Origin: Tubiluchus corallicola
Lineage: Eukaryota > Animalia > Priapulida
Direction of reading: 5' to 3'
Assembly (NCBI GenBank): GCA_030141605.1
Contig: JAQGDQ010000012.1
Span: forward strand, 1,072,359-1,136,358
DNA length: 64,000 bases
Shown here: piece after piece, positions 38,749-55,530 of the stretch
Layout of the letters: every line of letters starts with the position of its first letter
Numbering within the stretch: the first letter of the stretch is position 1
The notes under the pieces: model-generated
What the model saw: the letters and a program-made list of their open reading frames with translations, nothing else
The model's database searches: none
Told to the model about the DNA's origin: nothing
Program-made: the position numbers and the translations under genes

Positions 38749-40190
38749 CTATAGCTTGTAGTTAAAATTTGTCAATTTTAGTAAATTCTGATTTGATATT
38801 TTTGATTTTTTCTAAATCATTGTAAATGGTGATAATGATCAGTACAATAATGTCTTAGCAATTTTTCTAGACAATTAGCTGTAGGTCACTTGATGAGAGT
38901 TTTTTATCATTGTTAGTCGTTTACCTACTCAATGTCTGAAATATATTTAATGGGCAAAGATGATAAAACAATAAATGTAACAAAAATTATAGAGTAGGTT
39001 GCAAGTTTTGTTTGTCTGTTACTATGCGTATGAGTGTATGCGGTTAGAATACACTACGCCTTGCCTTAAATTTCATTGCTCTTGTTTGTGTCGATCTGTG
39101 ATCAATATGTAGAAGAAATGTACATGAACCAGAGCAAATAAAAAAAATATTACATAAGTTGAACATTGCATCAGAATAGCCGTAAGTACTATGAAACTAA
39201 GTGTTGTAGATAAAAAAGAAAGAAAACAAACTGTGAGACAAAATTCTGTGCTTCAATGCCTAAAATGACAAGTAAACTGGCAATACGTGTAGTTTAGTGT
39301 ACATATTTCACTTTGAGAATCCGTGGCTTCCCAAATGGCTACTGACCACTTTGGTTTCTGTTAGCCCAATTTTGGTTTTTAGTCTCCAAAATGCATCACT
39401 TTCCCACAATTTGAATGTGGTGATGTTCTTAATTTTATGAACAGTTTTCAAAACGTTAATGTGGTAACCTTAGGGTGGATAAGTTTAGGGGTCTTGAATA
39501 AGCTCATGCTAACTTGTTATATTTTGGTTTATTCATAATAGAAAGTTCTTGCTTTGCTAAGCTACATTTTACTAGCGGTGAAGAGCTGCACTAATATCAT
39601 TCAGTTTCTGCTTGTGAAAATTAACGAATCATTACAACTGCTTGTAAGAAATTAAAGGCAGAAATGTGTGGACTGAACATTTCTCTGCAAGGTTCTTTCT
39701 GGCCGTACATGCCATATTTGGAAATACGTAAAATATTTTTTTATGTTGGTTTATTACTGACTTAAAATTTACTGTTTTAGCCTACATATTAACGGTTTTT
39801 AGCTAAAATAAAGGAAAAAATTTTAAATTTAAATAGTAATTATTAAATTTGGGTCTGTATTCACAAACACAAAAGTAATTGTAAGTATACATTGTTCACA
39901 CGTCTTTGAAGACTTCAGTTTAGTCCATACAACTATCCTGACTCATGCACTACTGTTTACAGACTCTAGTTTTCGAACTTTTGATATAAACTTTGTTGTC
40001 CGTGTAATTGTCAATTAATAATACATTTACAAGTTCTGCTTCAAAAGAAGAATCTGCAGAAATAGATCTATAAGAATGTTTTTGGTAGAGGCTGTCCTTA
40101 ATTACGATGGTTATTAAATAAAGCTTTGTTGCTGATGCAATTGTTAAGTAAAAATAATGTACAGGTTATGCTTGAAAAAGAAGAATATAC

Positions 40191-40222
<32 letters not shown>

Positions 40223-41396
40223 CTAGGTCAGTAAACATTTTTTGGCTGCCCTTTAATTAGACCTGTGGTGCTCATCATGAGGGGCTCTAGTTAGGAAGTG
40301 AGAATATGAATGCAGGTTTAGAATAGTAAACCAATTGTAATTTCCATGACATAGGATAATATATCTTTGTTGTTGTTGAATTAAGTGCTATTGTACTTGT
40401 AATTAATATGAAAGTTTGGTGGAGAATTACACAGATAAGATGCATGAAAAAATTATTGATGCAAGTATATGAAATTGTCATGAGAATAGGGCTCGTTGCT
40501 GATGGGGATTTAGCTGCACGTTAGCTAGGCTGCAATAGCAAATGCATCGCTGCACACCTGGGATCAACGGCACTTGGCAAATCTGGTGTAGCGAATGGTA
40601 TTGCACAAATAAATCGAATGAATGCCCTTTTGCGGTATAACGGTGTTAAAAATGTGTTGGTGCATTGTGCGCTCTGGTTGTGTTCAAGGAATATCTCACC
40701 AAAGTGTTTAGAAATCGAAGCTTACATCGCTTGCAAATTTTTTTAACAGCAGAAACTAACAAAACTTTTGCGAATATAATTATGTAAGTGTACAATATCA
40801 TACGATAGATATGCCTGCTTCTTCATCTATTCGTACTTAGATTGTATTGTGTGACAGAGAAAAAACGATCTAACTCTGTCAATAGTCGTTAATACACCGT
40901 GTTAATTTTATCCAAAATGTGCTTTGTATCCAAAAGGTAAGCAAAAATTTGTTTGCCTCTTGGCGAAAAGACCATTGGTCACGTAATCAACCATTTCTAT
41001 CTCGAGGAACCGAGTAATATAAATAAAATGTAATGTGTGCGCCGTCGGGCTGATGTAGACGTTGAAATGAAACGAACATAACAATTTAGCATAATTTTGA
41101 CAAAATACTTTAACGCGCGCTTACGATCATAGTACTGGGTAGATGAATTTTCAATTTAAGGGTTTTGAAAGAAACTATAAACCAGAGGAATTTACTAAAG
41201 ATTCGTGAAACTTGGTACCTGGAAAGCAGAATAAACCAAGGCGAATAATTATGCAATTTATATAAAACAAGAACATGCACTTGGTAAGTCTTGCTTAAGG
41301 AAACTCAATTGTAGTGAGCCAAAAAGCTTTTTACTTAAACGTAACACGAGGGGATTGACTTCAAAGACCAGACCAGTATTTCTCACGGTTCTTGTA

Positions 41397-44788
<3,392 letters not shown>

Positions 44789-46523
44789 TGCTCAAATAGT
44801 GTAACATGAGAGTTGTTGTTTTATTACAAGTTGAACTAAAGCAGCACTAATGGCATTTCAAATCACAGTTTTGTCAGAAAGGAGATAAGCTTGCACTCAG
44901 CTGTGGTCAAGAAGAATTTGTAATCACTTGTGGTCTGTTGGACGTGCAACGGTGATGCCGATAATTTAGTGAAATGCTTCCAGTCTGTACTTCAGCAGCG
45001 TATTAATAGCATGTCTGGTACGATGAAACTTCGACCGAGCAATATTGTGATCATAAAGAGCTGTCATCAGAAGAACAAAAAGAGAAAATTTGGTTTCACG
45101 CAAATAGCGAGCGAGTCTTAAAAAGGTTTCATGGGTACTGACAGACAATGGGTTAGTTAAAGCAATCAAAAAATTGCGCTTTTATTCATATATCTGCACT
45201 TAAATATTTTCTAACGATTTGCTATAGTACGCATTAAAGTAACATTATTCCCCCCCTCCCCCAGAAAACATGCTAATGAGATTTCGGCTAGCTCTGATTG
45301 ATCAGATATTCAACGTGTGTCGTGCTCTACTTTCAGCAAAACGTTGGTCATCGTACAGAAAAGAAACAAGAAAGTTCCGCGAAAGAAATACCTGTGAAGC
45401 AAAAGATTACAGCTGGCGCAGAGTTTTACTTTGTGAAATATTTAGACGTAGTGGTGCTTGTGCGAAGTTGGGCGAGTAAAGTGTTTTTATTTTAAACCGA
45501 CCCATGTAAATAATATTAACATCTTTAATTCAAATTTTGTATATCCACGTCCCCATTAACTAAGAAAAGTTTCCTTAATTATAAATTCAGAACTTATTCG
45601 TAAATTAAAACTGTGATCTAGAAATAATTTGTTATATAATATAATTATATGAATGTAATTATTTATTGTGAAATTGATGTAAATTTAGTCTTTGTTATTA
45701 TGTATTTTACTTCTCATATTATGCCTATGTAATGTGTTATGTATTATGTGTATTAACGTAAACTTCGTCTTACGTTTACTATGCACTACTTATAATGTTC
45801 CTGTATATTGTATTATTGTATCTGTTGTATCCCTGTATGTGAATGAGTATTTCGATTTGTTTCTAGTTTTAGTTTTGTGCACAGTAATTCATAGTTTTGC
45901 ACAGGACGCTTGTACCTTTAGCAGTGGTTTAATAATTATTAATTAGTTTTAACACTGAGGATTGTGATTTTATTGTAATCAATTTTACGGCAAATAAAGC
46001 ATTATTATGTTTATATTATATCTTCTACAGTTTCAAATGTCAGAAGTTTCACATAGAATTTAAAAAAAATAAGCTAAAGTTTAATAAAAAATTTATTACC
46101 TTCTTGCTTCGCATAGTCCAAGATTATTTCTGACCGTATGTGAGGTATAATCTTGTGATTCAGCTGAAAACTTCTGATCGTACAGTAGCGTTATGTTTGT
46201 GTTTTATTGTGTACGCGAATGTATTGTTAAAAGCGCTAGAGATACCAGTGACGCCATTCAAAACTAAAACAGCACATTTTTGTTTATACAAAACTTTTCG
46301 TCAGTTTTTAAATATGATATAGTTATTAGTTATGTCTAAGCTGTATTGTCACCCCAGTAACTTGCTTTCAGCGCTGCTTTAATGACAGCCCGAATATTTA
46401 TTTTCCTATATAACGTGATATGGCTTATACAGGCTTATAGCTTGGCTTTTGCTATTTCTGTCTGTTTATATTTTTCGTAATCTAACTTTCTGAGTTTCTC
46501 AGAAACCTAGTATTTTATAGTAC

Positions 46524-46524
<1 letters not shown>

Positions 46525-46566
<42 letters not shown>

Positions 46567-46575
46567 TATTATTAT
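46525..46575. repeat. (GA)n followed by (ATT)n microsatellite
   Basis: Direct reading of the sequence. Confidence 0.9.
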
Positions 46576-47114
46576 AAGTCTGTTTATTAAACAATAATAA
46601 CATTGTTTCCCCTCTATTTGCAGGGTTCGTTTACAAAATTCAATATAGCTATTTACGATAACAATATTATACATAATGCAGATTTTGTGCATACATACAT
46701 ACATTAGTAGTAGTGTTTCAGTTTGGCTATTTAACTTTTACATAATTCTATAAACATCAAAACCCCAAATATAACTTTCACAACACAAATTAAGAATATA
46801 TTTAAAATATATACGTATTACGCACTATAATTTATATAATGACTTCATTTTAAGAAGTACATGTTTTTCTGTAAATATAATTAGAATTAATTTATAACAA
46901 TTTTTTACGCACAACATCTCTAACAATATTTACACATACCCGACATACATCTTTATCTCTTTTTAGATAAATCTCGCTTATATTGCCTGAAGGCAGAACT
47001 TGCCTTAAATTAATTCGAAACCAGCAAAGCCCCACAAAAAATTTTGCGTATAAATGCACTTATAATTAATAATACGCGAACACCCTGCATTGTCCTCATT
47101 TATAACATTGTCCT

Positions 47115-48100
47115 CATATATATATAAGATTCGCGGCGATCTATATATCAAACGAAAGGTCTCGATCTAGTGTGGTCTCATTGGGGGTTTATTTTTCGAA
47201 TCGGTCTCACCGGGAGGAACGGGTGCCAAAAAACCTCCAAAAATGGCCATTTTTCGGCCGTTTTAATCGGGCTCACCGGGACGAACGGGGGGCGAAAAAC
47301 CTCCAATAATGGCCATTTTTTTGCAAAACTTATACCTTTTACTTCGAACAGGAATGGGTACAGGGTGGTGCTCATAATGGTTGCATAGCCCGTTCAACGG
47401 TGGGCATATTTAGAGGCTTATGTAGTAGGCTTCTTCTTCTTCTTTCTTCAATGAATCACACGTCCAGGGACATGATTCTGCTCACCTCTCTATGCCAGGG
47501 CTCCCTACACGCTGCAATGCCCCAAGTGGATTTATTTCTAAGGATCAATGCTGAAGTGTTTAAATCTTTCTGTGCAAAATCTAAGTATGTTAACATTTGT
47601 CCTCCTGCAGGTTTTTTAGCTGGTTCTATGGCTTGTTGAAGAGCTATCTTCACTGGAACGTCATCATAGTCTAAGCATATGCCCAATCCATCTGAAACGT
47701 CGTCTTTTTATTTTTGTTGCCCAAGGTTCTTCTTTTATTTTTTCATATAGATCTTTGTCTGAAATTTTCTTTGGCCATCTAATACCTAAAATGTTTCTGT
47801 AATTTCGCCTTTGATACGCATCGATTTCAGCTTTATGATTTGCTTTTAATGTCCAGAGCTCAGAGTTATACAGAAATACAGTTTCGACTAAGCCACGGCT
47901 TCCCATAACGGGCGTTTTCCCGGACACAACTCCCATTTTTTTTAAATTTTGGCCAAACTGCCTGTAGAAAAACGTTCTAGCGGTGCCTGGTGGGACTCTC
48001 GGAAGAAGATATATAACTCTTTAGAAAAAGGAGGAATGGGCCTACACGATGATGTGAGCCACGTTTTAGGACACGTCCACTAAGAGGAGTAGCGAGGAGT
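47115..48100. mobile_element. Second copy of the unclassified repeat at 5990-6480, interrupted by an RTE fragment
   Basis: Homology to the 6-kb copy stops at catatttaga (~47414) and resumes at cacgg (~47894). Confidence 0.6.
47425..47892 (-). mobile_element. 5'-truncated RTE-type LINE with (GAA)n tail
   Basis: FLYNSELWTL...YRNILGIRW...IKRRRFRWIGHMLRL is an RTE-like ORF C-terminus; the cttcttcttct tail lies at ~47430-47448. Confidence 0.75.
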
Positions 48101-48609
48101 TAATTAGATGTTCCATTTTTGGCAATTTTCGCTTGGAAAACTGCTGATGCAGAGCCATTATTCTGACATCATCCATTATACTCTGTCTGTAACCTTAAAA
48201 CTTTAATTCAGTAAAAGCTGCTACTGGCTTTGCGTTATAAATGAGGACTATGTAGGTAACCAAACTTCACCTGATTTTATTACTGAATTTTTCTTCACTT
48301 TAAAAACACACACAGGTATACGTTTACAGCCAAAAAATGGGCGCGCAGCAATACTTGCACAAAATAATTATATCACTAAGCCGCATAACAAGCTTTGTGT
48401 TTTCTGTGGCCCCGTTTGATAAGTTTCTTTACATTCTACAGTGTTGAAAGCACAAAAATTTTTAACTTAACACCTCAGGCAATTTAGGCCTTTAGTGCTG
48501 TTTCAAAAAGAGAATTAGCTATGTATAAGTTGATAGAGCTACAACAATTAACAGAGTTGGATTAAGACCTTAAGAGGGCCTAAGGACTGAAAAGATTATG
48601 GCACCCTTA

Positions 48610-48645
48610 TGTGTGTGTGTGTGCGCGCGCGCACGCGCGTGTGTC
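48610..48645. repeat. (TG)n(CG)n alternating purine-pyrimidine tract
   Basis: tgtgtgtgtgtgtgcgcgcgcgcacgcgcgtgtg; potentially Z-DNA forming. Confidence 0.8.
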
Positions 48646-50282
48646 TGGGTGGGTGTAGTATCTTAAAGGTACTATACTAAAAATACAGAAATGATTCTAA
48701 ATCTTATAAAAGGGACAACCACACACATTCCAGTATATTTTATTTTTGCACAATTACTCAATTTGAAGAACTGTCTGGGCCGTCTTCCCCTGAAGAAGAA
48801 GAACGTGCGTATTTTGCTTAATGGCTAATCCAGGGTTGACAGTTAAAACATCTGATAGTGCTTAAATAAGTCTATTAATGGCATCTAATTATAGCACTTA
48901 CGTTTTACTTATTTCCCATTTTGTGTTTTTATTGATTGCAAGTGCCATTGTGATTACTGAACTGTACATCTGTGCTGTTCTAAATGCAGCTATGAACTTC
49001 GTGCGCTTACAGGCCTACATCACTATTATAGTTTTTCAGCCTAAGTATGTACTACGTGTGTACTAAGCATAAGTATGTATTAAGCTAAATGATGTACACA
49101 TAATATTTGTTTAGTCAATTCTACAATTTCGAAGTTGGTCATAATTACATTAACTAGTAATGGCAATAATCTGTTTTGCTTACATTCTTACTGTACCAGT
49201 TTTTGTAAATCATAAAAGGTCCAAGAAAATCCAGTAATTACAGTAATCTATGTTTTATTTTTTTATACAGATGAGGCAGGTATAACTGCCAATAAAGACT
49301 TCGAATCATTAATGCTGCCTATTGTGTTGGAGAATACGCCAATGCTCATTATGCACATTAGGAACAACCCGGTTGACCTGAGTAACAGCAGGTTATTACT
49401 AATATCCCTGTAACAAAAACATTTTTTATTATTTTACTATCTACATAGCCACTATACCTATACAGTAGTTAAAGTCAATTGAAACTTAGAAGATGGTGGC
49501 ACCAACTTTCTAAAATGAGGCATAATAATATCCATAACATGGTCACATCTGTTAACAAAAAAAGATCAAAGTATTATAAGCTGATGTCCTTTTAAACTTT
49601 TAAATGTTACAAACTGATTAGTTCATCAACCCTTCATGAGTACCAAACCCTAAAGAAACTTGAGGTTTCTATTTGGGTAGTTTTATTTTTCTCTTGCAGA
49701 AGTGTGGTTCTCAACTTTTAAACATTACTTACAACCAACCTAGTATCGTAGACAAATGCAGCTCTTTTAAGATTGTGCAGCCACTGCTTTGCAGCAGCCA
49801 AAAGCAGCACATAATTTAGACATAGCTAACAATTTAACTGTAAAATTGGAGACGATTTTTAAACTAGCCATCTTCCACAAAGAGAACAAAGCTTGTAAGC
49901 AGTCACTGAGTACAAACAAACCATGTTACACCCAGATAGTGCTTCCCTTTCACATAGTTACTCCAATGTAAACAAACATCGGTGGTTGACACATCCTGAA
50001 CTTGGGACGTCACATCCGCTTACATTCGTAATTCGGAAATTTCTGCCATGAGGCGCAAAGGAAGCTCCATGCCCAATGGCGGCTTACGCAAATGTGAGTT
50101 TTGAAGGCAATTTTATTCGAATTTTGTCGATAAAAATTTCTTGTGACATTTAGGCAAAAAAGAGGTAAATATTTCAGCGTGTATCAGCGAGTTATTAAAG
50201 CTGAACTTAATTTTGATGATGTTCCCCTTTAAGTTTTAATAAAATCTATACCCATTGGCTCTCTTGTAGTTGTACAAAAATA

Positions 50283-51009
50283 GGCGCTATTAGTATTACA
50301 CTTTCGCACCGCCTAGCTTTTTCTAGGTTATTACTCGTTTTTAGGCTCGTACGTCATCATTCTATTATTCTTACATCATCAGTGAATGTTTCCGCTAATC
50401 TAATTGTAATTTAATCTTATATTTAGGTATAATTACCAATAATTACGCTGTATTCACAGTTCTACACGTATCGCCATCTTGTTTGTATGTAGTCACGTGA
50501 TGAATTTCGTACTAGTTTATGCATTATCAGGGCCTGGCTTAAAAGCACGACACACTTTCATCTTCACCGCATATACGAAATAAGGAAAAAACCTTTACTT
50601 TTTTTATAATCTAATAGTAATAATACTACAGTAATAAATAAAATTAATGATAAATAACTGTAGTCGTCTAAAATAATTTCCTCGTATAGGCCAGTTTGGG
50701 TCCCGTGGCTGCAACCCTAATAATCATAAATTATGCGAAGAAACTAAAAATACATGTTAAGGGCCACATCGTCACTGCGCGAGAGCGATTGCGCATTAGT
50801 GGTGTAAACACAGTTATTCACGTGCAGCTTTTAATGGCGACGGTAGGTAAGTAATGCGTGATTTTAATCTGGACTTATAAAGCGTAAGAAGCAATAATAT
50901 TATAGGAATATGGTGTATATTACGCCTGTTGGTCTGCTTTCTGGCCTGCAGGCGTGAAAACAACCAACAGGTCAGGAAAAGCTAGGCGGTGCGAAAGTGT
51001 AATAGCGCC
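50283..51009. mobile_element. MITE (~725 bp) with ~35-bp TIRs, possibly PIF/Harbinger-like
   Basis: Left GGCGCTATTA(gtatta)CACTTTCGCACCGCCTAGCTTTT; right AAAAGCTAGGCGGTGCGAAAGTGTAATAGCGCC. No clean TSD, so the superfamily is tentative. Confidence 0.75.
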
Positions 51010-51121
51010 AAAAATCAAATCACTGAGCAAACAATTGTATTCATCCTTTTTTAAGTGAGCCTTTGATTCGAAAATATGTGTCGCACACTATCTTTGTAAA
51101 TTTGTTGCTGTTCTTCCCAAA

Positions 51122-54100
51122 TGGGGACAGGTCATTTGGGCGCCAAACACTTGGGGCCAAACAACACGGGCGTGAGACATTTGGGTGCCACAATCGACGC
51201 ACGCTGATTTGAACAAGAAAATGATTTGCGTGTTGCGTTACAAAACGCGATGTCTATAGTTGGCGTATTAGGTGAACCCTCTTTGACTGTTCAGTTGAGT
51301 TGTTGGCATCCTTCTGTCTCGAAAGACAATGGATTGTGCACCAAGAGAGTCAGTTGTTAATCAAATTGATGGAGCTGCAGCGTCGACTGTGACTGAGCAG
51401 TCCGATCCTTGAGCGGCAGTTCCGGCTGCAGGTTGCACATTGGAAGGCTGTTTCATCTGGGTGAGGTAGGACATCTTTCTGATGCCTGCGAGTCCTTTTA
51501 TCCTCTTGTTTTTTCTCCCTCATTTTCTCCGCTTTGTTAATGGCTGTCCTAACAGCAGATTTCCAGTTGCTTCGATCTGCCGCAAGCGCCTCGTAATTTG
51601 CTGGTGTAATGCCGTCTGCCTTGAGGTCCCGTTTACATACATCTTTGTAGTGGAGCAGTGGCCTCCCGGTGGGTCGGGAGCCAGTAGCAAGCTCACCGTA
51701 CAGAATGTCCTTGGGCAATCTGCCGTCCTGCATGCGGGAAACATGGCCTAGCCAGCGCAGACGTCTGTTGGTGAGTATGGCATACATGCTAGGGATACCA
51801 GCTCTTGCTAGCACATCCTTGTTGGTTATGTGCTCCTGCCATCAGATGCCCAGGATTCTTCTGAGCCGCGTTCTTGATGGCTATACAGAGTCCAACTCTC
51901 GCTCCCGTACAACAGTGTGCTCAGTACACAGGCTTGGTACACCTCTTCGTTAAGCGAGCCATCGTTGATGAGGCCTTGCCGATTCTGGAGTTCAGTTCTG
52001 TGGCCAAGCTAAGATTGCTGGAAATAACCGAACCAAGATAGGTGAAGTCTTCCACACGTCAAGGCAGCAGTCATCGATAGAGATGTGAGGGGCTGGGGAA
52101 ACATCTTGGCCCAGCACCTTGGTCTTTTGGATGCTGATTGTCAGGCCAAACTCACTGCAGGCATGGGCAAAGTTGTCAATGAGGCCTTGGAGGCCGGCTT
52201 CAGTGTGAGCTGTCAGTGCGGTATCATCTGCGAACAGCATTTCGCAAATGAGAACTTTGCGAACCCGTGACTTTGCTCGGAGACGAGAGAGGTTGAACAG
52301 GCTGCCATCGCTTTGTGTGTGTAAATAGACTCCCTCTTCGGTTTCTTTAAATGCATAGTGCAGCAGCAAAGAGAACAGGATACCAAAGAGGGTTGGTGCG
52401 AGGACACATCCTTGTTTAACTCCGCTTTTGATTGGGAATGGGTGTGAGGAAGAGCCGTCAGACTGAACAGTACCTTTCATTTCCTCGTGGAAGGAAGTAA
52501 GCAGTCTCAGCAGCTTTGGGGGGCATCCAATTCTCTGCAGGAGTGTAAACAGGCCCGATCTGCTAACCAAATCAAATGCTTTGGTCAGGTCAATGAATGC
52601 TATAAACAGGGGCCGTTGTTGTTCGCAGCATTTTTCCTGGAGTTGTCTTAGAGAGAATATCATGTCGATGGTGGATCTCTCTGCCCTGAAACCGCATTGT
52701 GCTTCTGGGTAAACCCGTTCGGACGGTGGAGTCGTGTTTAGTAGCACGCGGGCAAAGGTCTTTCCCACGGCGGAGAGGAGGGATATTCCGCGATAGTTGT
52801 TGCAATCGCTCCGATCCCCTTTATTTTTGTAAAGGGTAATGATGTTGGCATCACGCGTGTCCTGAGGCACAGTACCTTCATCCCAGCATTGTAAAAGTAG
52901 GTCGTGCAAATGCTCGAGGAAACAGGTTTGTTTACCTGCTTTAATGGCCTCTGGGGGTATACCATCACTTCCAGGAGCTTTGCCGCTCGCTAGAGAGTCG
53001 ATAGCTTTGATGAGCTCCTCACTGGTAGGTGGGTCGTCGAGCTCCTCCATGTATTCCACAGCTCTTTCTGTGACAGTGGTTTGTCTTGAGAACAGCTTTT
53101 GGTAGTGTTCTGCCCATCTCTCCATTTGTTTGGCATGGTCAGTGATGATTTCTCCAGTGGTAGACTTCACAGGGGCAATCTTGGTGATACTGGGGCCAAA
53201 GACTTTCTTCATTCCTTCATACATGGCGCGAATATTACCACGGTCGGCTGACGTTTGGATACTCAGGCATATAGACTGCCAGTAATTGTTTGCGCACTGC
53301 CGGGCAATCCGCTGTACGTCGCTTCTGGCCTTCCTGAGAACTGTGAGTGTGCTTTCACTAGGATTTGCTTTGTAACTGAGGAGAGCAGTCCTTTTGCGGG
53401 AAATAGCTGGCTCAATGTCCACGATTCCAGCTTCAAACCAGTCTGGGTTCACTCTCTCTCTTTTTCCGAAGGTGTTGAGAGCAGACTTGTAAGTTACATC
53501 GCGTATGTGACTCCATCTTTCATCTGCGCTACCAGTTGGGTGGTCCTTGAGGGCTTCTTTCATGGTATCAGTATAGCGTTTTACTAGCTCAGGAACCGCG
53601 GACTTGGCAGTGTTAATGCGAGGTCGTCCTTTTGGCTTTGAATGATGGATACGTTTTGGTTGTAGACGTAATTTGTTGGCGACCATTGAGTGGTCCGTGT
53701 CGCTATCTGCACTATGGTAGCTGCGTGTGTTGTTGACACAGTTTAGCGAGGATCTTCAAGTAATGATGAGATCCAGTTGGTGCCAGTGGTGAGATCTGGG
53801 GTGACGCCAGGACACTCTGTGGATGAGCTTTGTGGGGAAGAATGTATTTGTGATGCATAAATCATGATATGAGCATAATTCCAGTAGTCTTTGCCCGTTT
53901 TCGTTCAGTTTGCCAACACCAAAGTGACCAATACAGCGGAGCCAGTGGGACTGGTCGGAGCCGGTGCGAGCGTTGAAGTCTCCAAGCAGGAACAAGTACT
54001 CAGATGCGGGAATATTTTTGATGGCGGTCTCAAGCTCGGCGTAGAATTCATCTTTATTCTCTGCAGTCGCTAGGAGCGTTGGAGCATAAACGCTTAGGAT

Positions 54101-55353
54101 GTTTACGGGCCCTGTGGTGGTTGTGAGGCGAAGAGAAAGGGTACGAGCAGTGCCCTCTGAAGGTGGTTCGATAGCAGAGAGTTCTTCACTGCAAAACCCA
54201 CGCCGTGCATGCGGTGCTCCTCTGGGGCCCTTCCTTGCCAGAAGAATGTATAGTCCGCTTCCTTTAAGCTGCCATTGGATGGAAGTCTGGTTTCCTGCAG
54301 CGCGGCAATATCGATGTTGAACCGCTTGAGTTGATTGTTGATGATGGCTGTTTTCCTTGCATCGCCAATCTGACTTGGATCATTGACGATCCCAGGACAT
54401 AAGGTCCTAACATTCCAGGTTGCCAGCCTAAGCGCTGGCGGCTTTGATTTCTTTCTTTTCTTTTTGCTTGGTGCAGGCTTTGCGGTATTCTATTCGGAGT
54501 TTATCCTAAGCTCCAAGCACCCATTGGAGCAGGCAACCGTGACGGGTCGGCACCTAATTGGCTGGGGGCTGCCCAGCTTAGGCGAGCGGTAGCCGACCAT
54601 TGGGATGCGATGATCCCTCCCACCGTCGGAAACAACCCGTAGCGCCCGAGCTCACGCCAATTCGCTCTAGGCTTATAACTCGTAACTGTTGCCTCCCGTG
54701 TTGTAAGCAAATAGCAAATAAATGATTGTTTTCGTGAATACGATTGTGTAATTGACACTATAAATAACTAATGCACCTGTGTAAAAACTCCTGCTGAACG
54801 CAGATGTGAAAATCATGCATTTCAGAAGAGAAGCCATGAAGTAACTTAATTTTGAAAGTGATAATTATGCATGAAGCATGTTTTCTCCTTAATTGATGTG
54901 TTTTCTTTGAACAGGTTGTATAAACAGCTTAACTTGCAGCATACCAAGCGCTCGTTACACATTAATGTTAGCTTATCGTTGGCTTACTTGGAATAAGCAT
55001 TGCTAATAATGAACAACTAAATCTCACTGTTCATGTTACTGACATGCTTTGTTCTTATTAGAAACTATATATGCACTAATACTGAAGGTGGAGAAATGCA
55101 GAAAGGCAATTTACTGGTTTAATTGTGTTATATGACATTATGGCAGTGTTATATAACAATATTAAACATTATGACAGTTCAATAAATTCTGGAAACAGAA
55201 CATAGGGAATCATTAAAAATTTAATAAGCAAAAATAAAAACATTTTAGGTACTTTATCAAATTTTGTTGGTGCCCAAATGTCTCATGCCCAAGTGTCCCC
55301 ATGCCCAAATGTCCCGTGTCCAAATGGCCATGCCCAAATGGCTGTGCCTTCCC
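51122..55353. mobile_element. Foldback-type host element with inverted 15-bp subrepeats (gacatttgggcgc / gcccaaatgtc), split by the RTE insertion
   Basis: Left subrepeat block 51125-51195; reverse-complement right block 55268-55353. Confidence 0.6.
51294..54714 (-). mobile_element. Near-full-length RTE-clade (BovB-like) LINE, disrupted by frameshifts and small deletions
   Basis: APE motifs WNVRTL, GDFNAR, QLDLII. RT motifs NYRGISLL, QCGFR, FIDLTKAFD, GVKQGCVLAPTLF, LFADD. Also RLRWLGHV, a C-terminal CxxC...HxxxC knuckle and a short (CAA)-type tail. No TSD recognised. Confidence 0.92.
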
Positions 55354-55530
55354 GAGTTACCCTGGCGACTCTGGCTTTGCAGCAGATTTACTGTCTAAAC
55401 ACTTCAGCATGCTGACTGCTGCTACATACACACATAATCACAGGTTCAGTGAAACAAATTTTGGAAATTTTAGGTGAGATATGATATAGTGAGTCTTGAC
55501 TGAATACCAAATAAGAAGGTTATTATTTAT

